Source: Cenarchaeum sp. (GTDB lineage Archaea; Thermoproteota; Nitrososphaeria; Nitrososphaerales; Nitrosopumilaceae). Taken from it: a DNA stretch of 64,000 bases. The position numbers and the translations under genes were made by a program. Below are positions 1 through 9,866 of the stretch, piece after piece. Position 1 is the first letter of the stretch. Every line of letters starts with the position of its first letter. Below the pieces are notes generated by a model. It was not told the origin of the DNA. It saw only the letters and a program-made list of their open reading frames with translations, and did no database searches. The stretch is from positions 1,184,001 to 1,248,000 of the forward strand of contig CBDESU010000002.1 of assembly GCA_965242695.1 (NCBI GenBank), in the 5' to 3' direction.

Positions 1-156
1 GTCAAGCATGCGCTCCTCGAGCATGTACGTCACGAAGCCGGCAAAGCTGTTGACACCCTTGCGGCGCATGTCGGGCTTGGTCTTCTCGAACTCCTCATGG
101 AACCGATCGTAGACGTCTTCCGCGATGGTTATGGATCTGAATCCTGGCTTTGGCAT
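1..156 (-). CDS. Conserved thaumarchaeal hypothetical protein, possibly ribbon-helix-helix-like N-terminus (runs off the window edge)
   Basis: Own translation: MPKPGFRSITIAEDVYDRFHEEFEKTKPDMRRKGVNSFAGFVTYMLEERMLD...; TATA-like TATATA about 35 nt upstream; not in the ORF track. Confidence 0.75.
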   Translation of the reverse strand, partial: MPKPGFRSITIAEDVYDRFHEEFEKTKPDMRRKGVNSFAGFVTYMLEERMLD

Positions 157-344
157 TTTACCACTTGATTGGGTACAAGCAAGTCCTAGTATATATGCAT
201 ACCTCGCCGAATGCGTACGCGCTAGGCGTCAATTGGCGCCTAGGGCCCCTGCGCGGCCAGCTGCCGCTTCTTGCTTATATACTGGGCAGTGCCAAGCGAT
301 CGCGCCGCGTCCTCCCCTGCCAGGGCGATCGCACGCCGACGCCC

Positions 345-518
345 GCCCTGCGCCCCGCCAGCGATCGCCCTCTTGGCGACGTCCGGACCGCCAAGGCCAT
401 CGCCGTGCGCGCCCTGCGCCCCGCCAGCGATCGCCCTCTTGGCGACGTCCGGACCGCCAAGGCCATCGCCGTGCGCGCCCTGCGCCCCGCCAGCGATCGC
501 CCTCTTGGCGATGTCCGG
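345..518. repeat. 66-bp tandem repeat, about 2.6 copies, intergenic
   Basis: Units start at 345, 411 and 477 (gccctgcgccccgccagcgatcgccctcttggcgacgtccggaccgccaaggccatcgccgtgcgc); each contains the palindrome GCGATCGC and a TTGGCG...CGCCAA stem. Confidence 0.9.
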
Positions 519-618
519 GCCTAGTGCCCTGCATCCGGTTCGGCACCGGCATCGCGTGTCCGTCATGATGCGCCGGTGCGCTGCGATGCCGCCGCCCTGC
601 TTTCCGAGCGCAAGCTGG

Positions 619-3588
619 TCATCCGGGAGGCCGCACTATGCCGGCATCTAGGACGTACCGGGCCGCGGCGGCAAACTCGTGGTCGCTTATTCTTCCGTCG
701 CCCCACCACCCCGCCACGGTCTTGAACCATGCCGGAGCCGCGGCCTGTCCTGCGCCGTCCTGTGCAGCCGGAACCGGCCCGCCGACGGTATCCGCCTCGA
801 TCACGCTGCGCATCACGCGGAACAGGTCAGCATCCGACATCTGCCCGCCCCTGAGCATTGCAATCTGCCTTGCGTCGGAGGGCACCTGCGCGCGCCGGGG
901 CTCCTCTGCCGCCTGCCGTTCCTGCCCCTCGGACTCTGCGCCCTGCCCCGACTCTCCGACATCCTCCGCCGCCCCTGCGCCGGGGTCCGCCTTTGCCGGA
1001 GCCGCGGCCCTCGGCGATGCATCGACTATACTCGAGCCCCCTCGCCCGTCCGCATAGTCGTAGTACCTGGCGTCGATCCTGCCGCCGGCCGGGGACACCA
1101 GGCCCGAGCCGTCCGAATTGCATATCCACGACGGCATCTTGAAGGTCCCCTCGAAGACGCCCGTGGCGGCGCCCGTCTCGACCAGGGCGAACCCGCTTGC
1201 CGCCAGCCCGCCGTGCTCGGCCCCGTCGACGACGCACCTCTTGTACCTCTCGCCCTTTATCGTCACCTCGAGCAGCAGGGCCCCTCCGTCGGCGACAGCA
1301 TCGGCGTGCGGCGAGGCCGGATCGTCGTCTACGCGGTACGTCTCGACCCTGGCGTGGTCCGTGTTCAGGTCCGCGTCGACCAGGGTTATGGTCACGGGCC
1401 TCCCAAACCCGTACGAGGCGGCCCCCAGGTGCACGCTGCCGGCGTGCGACGGCGCGTCGGCATCGGCGGCGACCTGCTCCGGCGTGCCGGCCCCGCCGAC
1501 GTCCCTGTACGAAACGGTCACTGCATCGTCGCCTGTCATGTCGCCGCCCGTGGCGATCCTGACGTCGTCGCCGTACGCGACGAGCGAGGCGGCAAGGGCG
1601 GGGTCTGCCCCGCTGCGCTCGTCCATGACGACGTACTCGACCGTCCCCTCAAAGACGCCCGATGCGGCGCCGGTCTCCTCCAACTCGAGCCGGTACACGG
1701 CATTGTTGACTATGCCGTCGCCGCCGCCGCGCACGCCAAACGAGAACAGGTCGATGTGCACGGGGGCGGCATCGTCTCCCGCCGCGGCAGCCGCCGCCGC
1801 GCCGGCAGGCAGATGCACGGCAAAGGCGGCCACTCCCCGCCCGTCGCCATGGTCGCCTATGATGCGCACCGTCCCGCGCCCGGCCGACGCGTCCCACACC
1901 TCTGCCGGCATGCCGGCGCCGGCATCCTCGGCCCTGCCGCCGAACGCCAGTCCGATCGTCGCGCCGGGCTGCCCGCCGGGGCCGGCAAGCGACCGCACGT
2001 CGTAGTTGAGCCAGACCGTCGACCTGGCGGACGGGCCTCCCTGCAGCCCGCGTATGGCGTCTGCCCCGTACCCCGCATCGACGATCAGGGTCGCCGCGCC
2101 CCCTGCGCCGGGCCGGGCCACGGCCATCCTGTCCGAGTCGATTGACGAGTGGGCCGCCGGCGCGGGATCATCCTCTCCATCGGCAAGCCACCATGCGCCC
2201 CCCGATCCCGCAAGCGTCAGCGGCGAGCCTATGCGCACGGACGGCACGGGCCCAGGCCCGCTGGCCGACAGCACGTCCCTCCGGGCCGGATTCGCGTTGC
2301 GGTCAGCATCGCTTATGGTCACCGTGCTTCTGGTGCCCGGCGCCGGCCGGTCGCCTGCACCGCCGCCGGCCGCCCCAGCCCCTATGCCGACCGTCGCCGT
2401 CGCCGGCCCCGTCAGCGCCGACACCCTCTCGTCGTTGTACTCGAATACGGCGGCCGTGCCGCGCGGCGCATCGCGCGGCACCCATACGGTCGACTCGCCG
2501 TTCCCGTCGTGGCTGACAAACTCGGACGAGGACGCCCGCGTCTCCCTCACCGTTACCAGGCTCGAATGCTCCTGGCCTCCCTCGCCCAGCGCCCTGATCG
2601 CCGCGCCGGGCTGCAGGCCGTTGGGCTTGAACGCGACGGTGCGGCCCGCATCTATCGTGAGCGCGCCGTTGTCCTCGAATCCAATGGAGCGCAGGCGCGG
2701 GTACAGGTCGGCCGCCGCTGCCGGCATGCCTCCCCCGCCGTCCCATCCGCCCATGTAGAACACGGCCGGCGATTCCGGATCGGTGGAGAATACCCACGCA
2801 TCCCTGTCGGTCGGATCCTGGTTGAGCTGCGCGTCGCTGATCGTCACGTACACCTCGGCCCCCGCCGGGTACCTCGTCCTGTCGAGCGACATGGCCACAT
2901 TTGGGATCTCGTCGTACTCTAGCTCGGCGCGCTCCGTTCCGCCCGCCCTCTTGTACTCCACGACGACCGATCCGCCGAGCGAGTAGAGCTGGACGACCGG
3001 CCACGCGGCGGGGTCGACCCCTATCTGGCCCGGCCGCTCCCCGCCGGCGCCGGAAACGCGCGGGGCCCGCCTTACCACGTTGTTGAGCAGCTCGCCGCCG
3101 GCCGTCCCCTCGCACTCGCCGGGCGGCCCATCTCCCCCGTCCGTCCCGCCGTCGACGGCGCGCGCCACTGCAACTGCATCCGCATCCGCAAACGATGCGC
3201 CGAGCACCCGCTCCGCCGCCGACGGGGCGCAGAACACCCCAAAGTCCGTGCCCTGCCCGGCCTCGACGGCCGCCGCGTCGGCCGCCATGGCGGCCTCGAT
3301 GTCTGCAAAGTAGGCGTGCCACGACCCGTCGCTTGCCTGGACCATGCGGAGCGGCTCGCCGTCGACCGCAACGGACGGCTCGCCGGCGGCCTCGCCCGTG
3401 CCGCGTATGTCGGGGTCGCTCACTACAACCTCTACTACCATCGAGCCGGCGAACGTGCGGCCAAACGCCTCGTCGTCGGCCGAGACGCTCATGTACGGCT
3501 CGGCGTGCGCCTCCTGCGGAGCCGCCGCCGCAACCGCCATTGTGGCGGCGACGGCAAGAGCCGCCGCCTGTGCCAGTCCGCCCCGCAT
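619..3588 (-). CDS. Large exported thaumarchaeal surface protein (often annotated 'peptidase'; S-layer-like ETGxxTGVFEG motifs, C-terminal PxWxKxxAGWW..D.EF domain)
   Basis: Signal peptide MRGGLAQAAALAVAATMAVAAAAPQEAHA; repeated LEETGAASGVFEG/LVETGAATGVFEG; C-terminal PAWFKTVAGWWGDGRISDHEF; start trimmed from track ORF 619..4158. Confidence 0.75.
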   Translation of the reverse strand: MRGGLAQAAALAVAATMAVAAAAPQEAHAEPYMSVSADDEAFGRTFAGSMVVEVVVSDPDIRGTGEAAGEPSVAVDGEPLRMVQASDGSWHAYFADIEAAMAADAAAVEAGQGTDFGVFCAPSAAERVLGASFADADAVAVARAVDGGTDGGDGPPGECEGTAGGELLNNVVRRAPRVSGAGGERPGQIGVDPAAWPVVQLYSLGGSVVVEYKRAGGTERAELEYDEIPNVAMSLDRTRYPAGAEVYVTISDAQLNQDPTDRDAWVFSTDPESPAVFYMGGWDGGGGMPAAAADLYPRLRSIGFEDNGALTIDAGRTVAFKPNGLQPGAAIRALGEGGQEHSSLVTVRETRASSSEFVSHDGNGESTVWVPRDAPRGTAAVFEYNDERVSALTGPATATVGIGAGAAGGGAGDRPAPGTRSTVTISDADRNANPARRDVLSASGPGPVPSVRIGSPLTLAGSGGAWWLADGEDDPAPAAHSSIDSDRMAVARPGAGGAATLIVDAGYGADAIRGLQGGPSARSTVWLNYDVRSLAGPGGQPGATIGLAFGGRAEDAGAGMPAEVWDASAGRGTVRIIGDHGDGRGVAAFAVHLPAGAAAAAAAGDDAAPVHIDLFSFGVRGGGDGIVNNAVYRLELEETGAASGVFEGTVEYVVMDERSGADPALAASLVAYGDDVRIATGGDMTGDDAVTVSYRDVGGAGTPEQVAADADAPSHAGSVHLGAASYGFGRPVTITLVDADLNTDHARVETYRVDDDPASPHADAVADGGALLLEVTIKGERYKRCVVDGAEHGGLAASGFALVETGAATGVFEGTFKMPSWICNSDGSGLVSPAGGRIDARYYDYADGRGGSSIVDASPRAAAPAKADPGAGAAEDVGESGQGAESEGQERQAAEEPRRAQVPSDARQIAMLRGGQMSDADLFRVMRSVIEADTVGGPVPAAQDGAGQAAAPAWFKTVAGWWGDGRISDHEFAAAARYVLDAGIVRPPG

Positions 3589-3652
3589 CGTGCCCGCCGT
3601 CGGTGCGCCGTGCGCCCAAAAAAAGCTGTCGCGCCGCCCCTCCGCCGGGCGC

Positions 3653-6600
3653 TCAGGCATACAGCTCGAGGCCCTTCCTGCCTCTCCCTCCGCCGCCTGC
3701 ATCCTCCCTCCTTCCGCCTCTCCCGCCCGCGGCATGCCGGGGCAGGAGGGCCCGCGCGGCTGCGTCGATGTCCGCCGAGATGCCGGCATCGCGCAGCAGG
3801 CGGAGCACGTCGGGCCGCCGCGCGCCCGCATCCGCGCCGCACGCGCCGAGGGCCGTCTCCTGCGCCTTCCGGGCCAGCGCGGCCAGCCGCACGTGCCGCC
3901 CGTCCGCGCGGTCGTACCTTGGTATGGGAACCTTCTTCCACAGGTAGGTGTCGTAGTTGTTGTCGTTCTCCTTTGTCCGCGAGAGGGCGCCCTGGAGCGC
4001 ATCGGCGTTGAGCAGCCCCGACAAAAAGTGCGCCTCGTCCTCGCTTCCGCACGGCACGCGGTACAGGCCGTTCTCGACGATCGCCCACTCGGACACGGCC
4101 GCCGCGTACGCCCTGCTTCCGACCTTGTTGTACACGACAAGCGGCGGGCGCGCTGCAAACTGCGACGTGAGCTTGCCCTGAAAGTCCAGGTTGTCCTCGA
4201 GCGTGCGCGGCGTCGTCTTCCCCCTCCCCCTGTGCTCGGCGTATATCGCCGATGCGTCGCTCCAGAACTTTACCCTGCCCCGCTGCGGGCTCCACCTCCC
4301 GCCCTCCGTCATGGGTATGATGCAGGGGGTGGCCGTGGGGACGCAGTACGGGTACAGGTCCTTTCCGAACAGGCACCGCCTGACCCACCCTGCCGGCACC
4401 GTCCCCTCCCGCCCGCCAAAGCCCCTCCACGCCCCGTGCCTTGCATCCTGCGTGGCAAACGAGGCCGAGCCGCCGGCCGTCCGCAGGCTCTCGGGGCGCA
4501 TCCTGACGAGCGATGCCGGAAAGAGCGTCGCGCCGTTCCTTGCAAGTGGCCTCCCGTTCCGGCCGAGCCAGGCCGACGGCTCCTCCGCATACCCCGTTCT
4601 TTCGATGCGCCGAAGGCCGACCTTTCTGTCCGCCGAGTCCGCCCACGAGTCGTGCTGCTCGGTCTCCTCGGCGCCCTTCCTGTAGATTTCCATGTCGCCG
4701 CGCCCTCTGCGCATCCCGACGATCATCGCCGACGACGTGGTCTGCTTCGGGAACGGCTCCCTCCCGAGGTCCCAGAACGACACGCCGCGCTCGGCGAGCG
4801 CGTCCCTCATGCTCCTCCACTGCCCGCCGCCGTGCATCGCGGTCCTCGGCAGCACCCAGCCGGCCCTGCCGCCTCCGCCCCTCCCGTCAAGGTAGAGGCT
4901 CGTGCACCGCAGGACAAAGGCCGACGCAATGTCAAATCCCGTCGCCCTCTTTCCGCCCGCGTACGCCCCGAGCTCGCGGCCGAGTGCTGCGACCTGCCCG
5001 GCGCGCCCCTTGTCGGACATCCTGTTGAGGGTGACCCACGGCGGGTTGGACACTATCCTCCCCATCCTGGGGCCGTCGCTTAGGAGCATCGGCGCGGCCT
5101 GGTTGCGTATGTACCACGCCCAGACGCCGTTTCCCTCGGCCGTGACTATCCTGCGCATCGAAGAGTACGCCGCGCGCAGCGCATCCCTCTCGTCCTTGCC
5201 GAGCCGCGCGCCGATCCCGTGCGGCATGGGCCTCTGCGCCTGCGCCGCGCCGACGAACCTGTCGATGTCTGCCGTATCGGACAGGAACGCGCGCGGCAGC
5301 TCGAGGACGGTGCCGCCGGGCGAGTACAGGACAAGGTTGCCGGTCGCCGCGCCGTGGACCGACGATCCCGGCCTCCCGAGCAGCAGCGAGTCGCCCTGCC
5401 ACACGCGCAGCCTTGCCAGGTCGATGGGGCCGAGTATGCGGCACATGTTGGCGATCGACATCTCGACGGCGACCGGGTGTATGTCCATGCCGTGGATCAT
5501 CCGGCACACGAATTCCACGGTCCGGGCGCGGTTGAGGTGCTGCCCTGCCAGCGGCTCGGACTCGACGAGCCGCTTTGCGGCGTGGTACAGGAACGTCCCC
5601 GACCCGCACGCGGGGTCTAGTATGCCGCTGATGCTCTTGCCGTCAAGGAACCTTTCTAGCTGCGCCCCGATGTACGCGTCGTCTATGACGTCGGAGCACA
5701 TCTTTTCGGCCAGCCAGTCGGGCGTATAGTACTCGCCGTACGAGCGGCGCTGCCCCGGGTCCACGTAGTGCATGTACAGGGCCCTCAGGACGTCCCCCTT
5801 GCCCGAGCTCCAGTCGTACCTGTCGACGGCGCCCTTCAGGGCTGCCAGCGTGCCGGCCGCGCCTCCGCCGCCGGCCCAGGCCGCAAAGCCGTGCAGGATG
5901 CGGCTGGCCCGCTCCCTGCCGCGCTCGGGCATCGGCATGCCGGCCACAAACCTAGAGATCAGCGTGAGCAGCGTGTGCGCTACAAACAGGCCGTCCTCGC
6001 CGCCAGCGGACGGGTGGTTTCCGCCCGCCTTTAGCTGCTCTAGCCACAGGTGCCTCTGCATTTTCGTGTCGGGCAGGATCTTGTTCTGCGCGTACGCCTC
6101 CTCCAGCTGCCTCCTGATCTCCTCGAACTCGGCGCTCGGGTCGGGCGGAGACCACTCCTTGCCCCCGTAGTCGCGCCGCAGGGCCGATGCCAGCTCGCGC
6201 ACGTTCTCTCTCGTCAGGCTCCGCCCGTTCCAGTTGCCGTAGATGCGCGGCTTGCCCCCTCGCCCCGAGGACGGCCATTCCCAGACCCACCACCGCCTGC
6301 CGTCGGTGACGACCCCCCTCCACCGGAGCTTTTCCCCTGCCAGCCGCTCCTGCCTTCTCGACGCGTCGACGTAGCGCCCAAGCCTGTCGTACGCCGACTC
6401 TTCCCTGCCGTCCCGGCCGGATCCGCTGCCCCTGCTCATGGGCCCGTCGTCGAGCCGGGTCTGCCTCTTCACCTCGATCATTACATGGCGGTGCTCGAGG
6501 TGTATGTCCGCCGTTCCGGCCGGGGTGGGGTATCGAAGGCTGCACTTTATGCCGCTTTCGCCGAGCCACCCTGCAATGCCGTCCCGCACCGCCGCCTCGC

Positions 6601-6673
6601 TACTTGCCCTGTCCAGGCGCAGGAGCGTGTCTGCCGCCGAGCCGGCGCTGCCATGGCTCGGCGCCTTTTTCAT
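3653..6673 (-). CDS. Type IIG-like restriction-modification enzyme (PD-(D/E)xK nuclease + N6-adenine methyltransferase + target recognition region)
   Basis: GEYYTPDWLA (motif X), ILDPACGSGTFL (motif I), IVSNPPW (motif IV); N-terminal ADIHL..MIEVK and GVVTDGRRW; start uncertain (6673 chosen). Confidence 0.85.
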   Translation of the reverse strand: MKKAPSHGSAGSAADTLLRLDRASSEAAVRDGIAGWLGESGIKCSLRYPTPAGTADIHLEHRHVMIEVKRQTRLDDGPMSRGSGSGRDGREESAYDRLGRYVDASRRQERLAGEKLRWRGVVTDGRRWWVWEWPSSGRGGKPRIYGNWNGRSLTRENVRELASALRRDYGGKEWSPPDPSAEFEEIRRQLEEAYAQNKILPDTKMQRHLWLEQLKAGGNHPSAGGEDGLFVAHTLLTLISRFVAGMPMPERGRERASRILHGFAAWAGGGGAAGTLAALKGAVDRYDWSSGKGDVLRALYMHYVDPGQRRSYGEYYTPDWLAEKMCSDVIDDAYIGAQLERFLDGKSISGILDPACGSGTFLYHAAKRLVESEPLAGQHLNRARTVEFVCRMIHGMDIHPVAVEMSIANMCRILGPIDLARLRVWQGDSLLLGRPGSSVHGAATGNLVLYSPGGTVLELPRAFLSDTADIDRFVGAAQAQRPMPHGIGARLGKDERDALRAAYSSMRRIVTAEGNGVWAWYIRNQAAPMLLSDGPRMGRIVSNPPWVTLNRMSDKGRAGQVAALGRELGAYAGGKRATGFDIASAFVLRCTSLYLDGRGGGGRAGWVLPRTAMHGGGQWRSMRDALAERGVSFWDLGREPFPKQTTSSAMIVGMRRGRGDMEIYRKGAEETEQHDSWADSADRKVGLRRIERTGYAEEPSAWLGRNGRPLARNGATLFPASLVRMRPESLRTAGGSASFATQDARHGAWRGFGGREGTVPAGWVRRCLFGKDLYPYCVPTATPCIIPMTEGGRWSPQRGRVKFWSDASAIYAEHRGRGKTTPRTLEDNLDFQGKLTSQFAARPPLVVYNKVGSRAYAAAVSEWAIVENGLYRVPCGSEDEAHFLSGLLNADALQGALSRTKENDNNYDTYLWKKVPIPRYDRADGRHVRLAALARKAQETALGACGADAGARRPDVLRLLRDAGISADIDAAARALLPRHAAGGRGGRREDAGGGGRGRKGLELYA

Positions 6674-7556
6674 TGCCGTTCCCGGCCGCCCGCTGTCGTA
6701 CGCTTTCCCGCCCTTTTGCCTTCTCATGCCGTCGAATGCGCCGCCCCATTGGCCGCCTATATTCCGCGCGTGGACGCCGCATGCGCCTGCGCATGCGCCT
6801 GCGGCCTGCCGCAGATCTGCATGGCACGCGTGCACAAAGCGCGCAAGGCGGAGGCCGGCATGTGGAGGCAGGCCGGCAGATGCAATTTGGGGCGAAGGAT
6901 GATCAGGCCGGAAAACGGAGGGCGCCCTGCCCTTAGTTCGTGCCGGCGGTCGACTCTAGCACGGGGCAGCTTGGCAGAGCTTCGTGTTCGCATCAGTCCT
7001 AGGCCATTCGCTGACAACCGTCGGCCCTAGGGGCTCGCATGCGAGGTTGGCCGGTGGCGCGCATGGGTGCAATACGGGCATTGCCTGCAACAGGGGTCTT
7101 GGGGGCGCACATTCTGGCCTGATGCCCCCTCACCTGGGCTACCGCCCCTGCCGTACTTCATTGGGGGGAGAGCGTAGCGCCTCGGCCCATGCGCACTCTG
7201 TCCTAGCGGACTTGATGGTCACGATCCTGGCCGCATGCTAGGGTCGAATGTGCCGCTACATGTGCGTACGGGCAATGATCCCAAGGGCGTGGACGGAGCT
7301 CGGCGGTAGCTGCGCGTGCTGCGGTGGGAGGGGAGGCGCTCGCGGCACGGCCGCCGGCCGACGGGGTGCCGGCCGGCGGCATGCGGCGCTCGGGATCGGC
7401 ACACGGTGGCGGCGAGGACACACGGATGCCGGTTGGGATATCCCATGGCCGGCGGCGCGGGCAGCCGCATGCCTTACCTGACGGCCCGGCCGCGCGCCTG
7501 CGCAGCTTCGCACTCCTGCCCATGCTTTTTATACGAACCGCCGATTTTGGCGCCCG

Positions 7557-7931
7557 TTGGTAGGCGAGGTCGTGGCCGGCTACAGCACCGTCCTCATGAT
7601 GTTCGGCTTTGCCGTGGTGGCGACGGCGCCTGCGCTGCTCGTCTCGCGCATGATCTCGCCTCGGCGCGGCAACAACCCCGTAAAGTTCCTGCCCATGGAG
7701 TGCGGGCAGGTCCCAAAGGGCGAGGGCCGCACGCACTTTATGATGCAGTACTATGCGTACATCCTCATGTTCGTCGTGTTCGACGTCATGGCCATCTTCC
7801 TGTACGCCTGGGGCGGCACGCTGCTGAACCTGCCGCGGGAGGCCACGCTGCCGATCATTGCGTTCCTGGGCATCATGTTCGCCGCGATGGCGTTCGCGCT
7901 GTACCAGTCGAGGAGGCGGGACATTTGGTAG
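7557..7931 (+). CDS. nuoA: NADH-quinone oxidoreductase subunit A
   Basis: KFLPMECGQVPKG, QYYAYILMFVVFDVMAIFLYAW; three hydrophobic helices; TTTTATA about 25 nt upstream. Confidence 0.95.
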   Translation: MVGEVVAGYSTVLMMFGFAVVATAPALLVSRMISPRRGNNPVKFLPMECGQVPKGEGRTHFMMQYYAYILMFVVFDVMAIFLYAWGGTLLNLPREATLPIIAFLGIMFAAMAFALYQSRRRDIW

Positions 7932-7956
7932 TCTCGCCGAGCGGGGGGCGCCGGCC

Positions 7957-8481
7957 TTGCTGAAGCAGCTCGTCACGCCGCACACGGCCAACGTGTTCGT
8001 CGGCAAGCTCGGCGACCTGCTAGAGAGGGCCGTCGACAAGCCGCTCGGCTACGCGATCAACTGGGGCCGCATCTGGTCGCTGTGGCCCGTCCACATCGAG
8101 ACGGCCTGCTGCAGCGTGGAGTTTGGCGCCGCGTCGGGCCCCCGGTACGACGTCGAGCGGTTCGGCATCATCGAGGCGTTCGGCTCGCTGCGCCAGTGCG
8201 ACCTGATCGTCGTGCAGGGGACGATAACGCGCAAGATGGCGCCGCGACTGCGCCTCGTATACGACCAGATGCCCGAGCCAAAGTACGTAATTGCGATGGG
8301 CGCGTGCGCCATTACGGGCGGCCTCTACTTCGACTCGTACAACGTCCTGCCCGGGATCGACGGCGTGCTGCCCGTCGACGTGTACGTTCCGGGCTGCCCG
8401 CCCCGCCCCGAGACGCTCATACAGGGGTGCATGCTCCTGCAGGAAAAGATCAAGCGGTCAAAGGCGCGCCGCCGCGTCTAG
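7957..8481 (+). CDS. nuoB: NADH-quinone oxidoreductase subunit B
   Basis: TACCSVE, EPKYVIAMGACA, VDVYVPGCPPRPE; TTG start at 7957 inferred. Confidence 0.95.
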   Translation: MLKQLVTPHTANVFVGKLGDLLERAVDKPLGYAINWGRIWSLWPVHIETACCSVEFGAASGPRYDVERFGIIEAFGSLRQCDLIVVQGTITRKMAPRLRLVYDQMPEPKYVIAMGACAITGGLYFDSYNVLPGIDGVLPVDVYVPGCPPRPETLIQGCMLLQEKIKRSKARRRV

Positions 8482-8528
8482 GACGCGCGCGGCAGACAGT
8501 TATACGGCGCCTGTCCTGCCGCATGCGC

Positions 8529-9866
8529 ATGGCACTGGTCGTCGACGCGCAGGTGGCCGGCATATCCGGCGACATGCTCGTCTCTGCCATGGTCGACATG
8601 GGCGCGTCGGCCTCGCGCGTGCGCGACGCGGTCCGCGGCGCCGCGTCAAAGCTGCCGGGGGGGCCCGTGCTCGAGGCCGCGTTTGAGCGGGTCGCAAAGC
8701 GCGGGATCGCGGCGACCGGGCTGTCGCTCTCTGCGGACGGCGGGCTCGCCGGCAGGTATGCGGTGCCCGACCTGCGCAGGTGCGTGTCCGAAGGGTGCGC
8801 GGCGGCCGGGCTCTCCGATGCCGCATCGTCGCTTGCATCGGATGCGCTCGGCATACTGGTAGGGTCCGAGGCGGCGGTGCACGGCTCGGGTGCAGACTCG
8901 GCGCACCTGCACGAGGCCGCCGGCCTGGACACGGTCGCGGATATGGTCGGCGCCGCCGCGGCGGCAGACGACCTGGGGATCGCCGGCGGGCATGCGGCCT
9001 GCACCCCCGTGGCCGTCGGCTGCGGGACCGTCACATTCTCGCACGGGACTACTCCGTGCCCCGCGCCGGCCGTGGTAGAGGCGCTGCGCGGGTCTGGCAT
9101 TCTGACGTGCCCCGGCGGCGCGCCGGGTGCGCCGCCGCGCGCCGAGCTTGCCACGCCGACGGGGGTGTCCCTGCTGCGCGCGATGTGCCCCGAGTGCGCC
9201 CCCGCATACCCAGAGATGGCCGTCGAGGCCGTCGGGCACGGCGCCGGCTCTGCCGACTTTGACGGCTTTGCAAACGTGCTGCGCCTTGTGCGCGGCGACT
9301 CTTTTGCCGATGCCGGCGTCGGCGCCGGCACGGTCGGCGTCCTGGAGACCATGCTCGACGATGCGACCGGCGAGGAGATCGGCAGGGCCCTAGAGGCCGT
9401 CTCCGCGGCGGACGGCGCGCTCGACGCGTGGGCCTCGCCCGCACTGGGAAGGAAGGGCAGGCCGGCGCACGAGGTTACGGTCGTATGCGAGGCCGGCGCC
9501 GAGGCGCGCCTTGCGCGCATGCTCATGGCCGAGACGGGCACGCTCGGCGTGCGCGCTCGCAGGTCTGCCCGCATCGAGGCGGGCCGCTCGGAGCGCACCG
9601 TTCGGGTACGGCTGCGCGGCTCGGACCATGCGGTGCGGGCAAAGCGCAGCGCCGCGACGGGCAGGGAAAAGCCAGAGTCGGACGACGTGGCGGCCGCCGC
9701 GGCGGCGGCCGGGGTGCCGTACATCGAGGCCTCGCGGGCTGCCTCCGCGGCCGTTGCCGCGGCGGCGGCGACGGGGGAGGCGGGGCGGGGGCACGGAGGC
9801 GATGATGGCCGCGGCGATGCCGGCAGCGGCGATGGCAGGGGAGGAGACGGCGGCGATGCGGCCTAG
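8529..9866 (+). CDS. larC: Nickel-pincer cofactor nickel insertase LarC
   Basis: AGISGDML, HLHEAAGLDT, SHGTTPCPAPA, ELATPTG, LETMLDD..GE, ETGTLGVR, KPESDD. Confidence 0.9.
   Translation: MALVVDAQVAGISGDMLVSAMVDMGASASRVRDAVRGAASKLPGGPVLEAAFERVAKRGIAATGLSLSADGGLAGRYAVPDLRRCVSEGCAAAGLSDAASSLASDALGILVGSEAAVHGSGADSAHLHEAAGLDTVADMVGAAAAADDLGIAGGHAACTPVAVGCGTVTFSHGTTPCPAPAVVEALRGSGILTCPGGAPGAPPRAELATPTGVSLLRAMCPECAPAYPEMAVEAVGHGAGSADFDGFANVLRLVRGDSFADAGVGAGTVGVLETMLDDATGEEIGRALEAVSAADGALDAWASPALGRKGRPAHEVTVVCEAGAEARLARMLMAETGTLGVRARRSARIEAGRSERTVRVRLRGSDHAVRAKRSAATGREKPESDDVAAAAAAAGVPYIEASRAASAAVAAAAATGEAGRGHGGDDGRGDAGSGDGRGGDGGDAA

Noticed and set aside
125-651. Repetitive ORFs across the 66-bp repeat
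   Set aside because: All six frames are open because of the GC-rich repeat; no protein-like composition
3589-4158. N-terminal extension of ORF 619..4158
   Set aside because: Overlaps the RM gene; the signal peptide begins at 3588
3344-5083. Long plus-strand ORF, and many similar antisense or alternate-frame ORFs (e.g. 24205..26289, 29156..31024, 47030..48877, 53792..56221)
   Set aside because: Arg/Pro/Ala-rich shadow frames of real genes, caused by stop-codon scarcity at high GC
6900-7140. SRP RNA or RNase P RNA
   Set aside because: CAGGCCGGAAAACGG only loosely resembles SRP helix 8; no GAGGAAAGUCC-type RNase P motif on either strand
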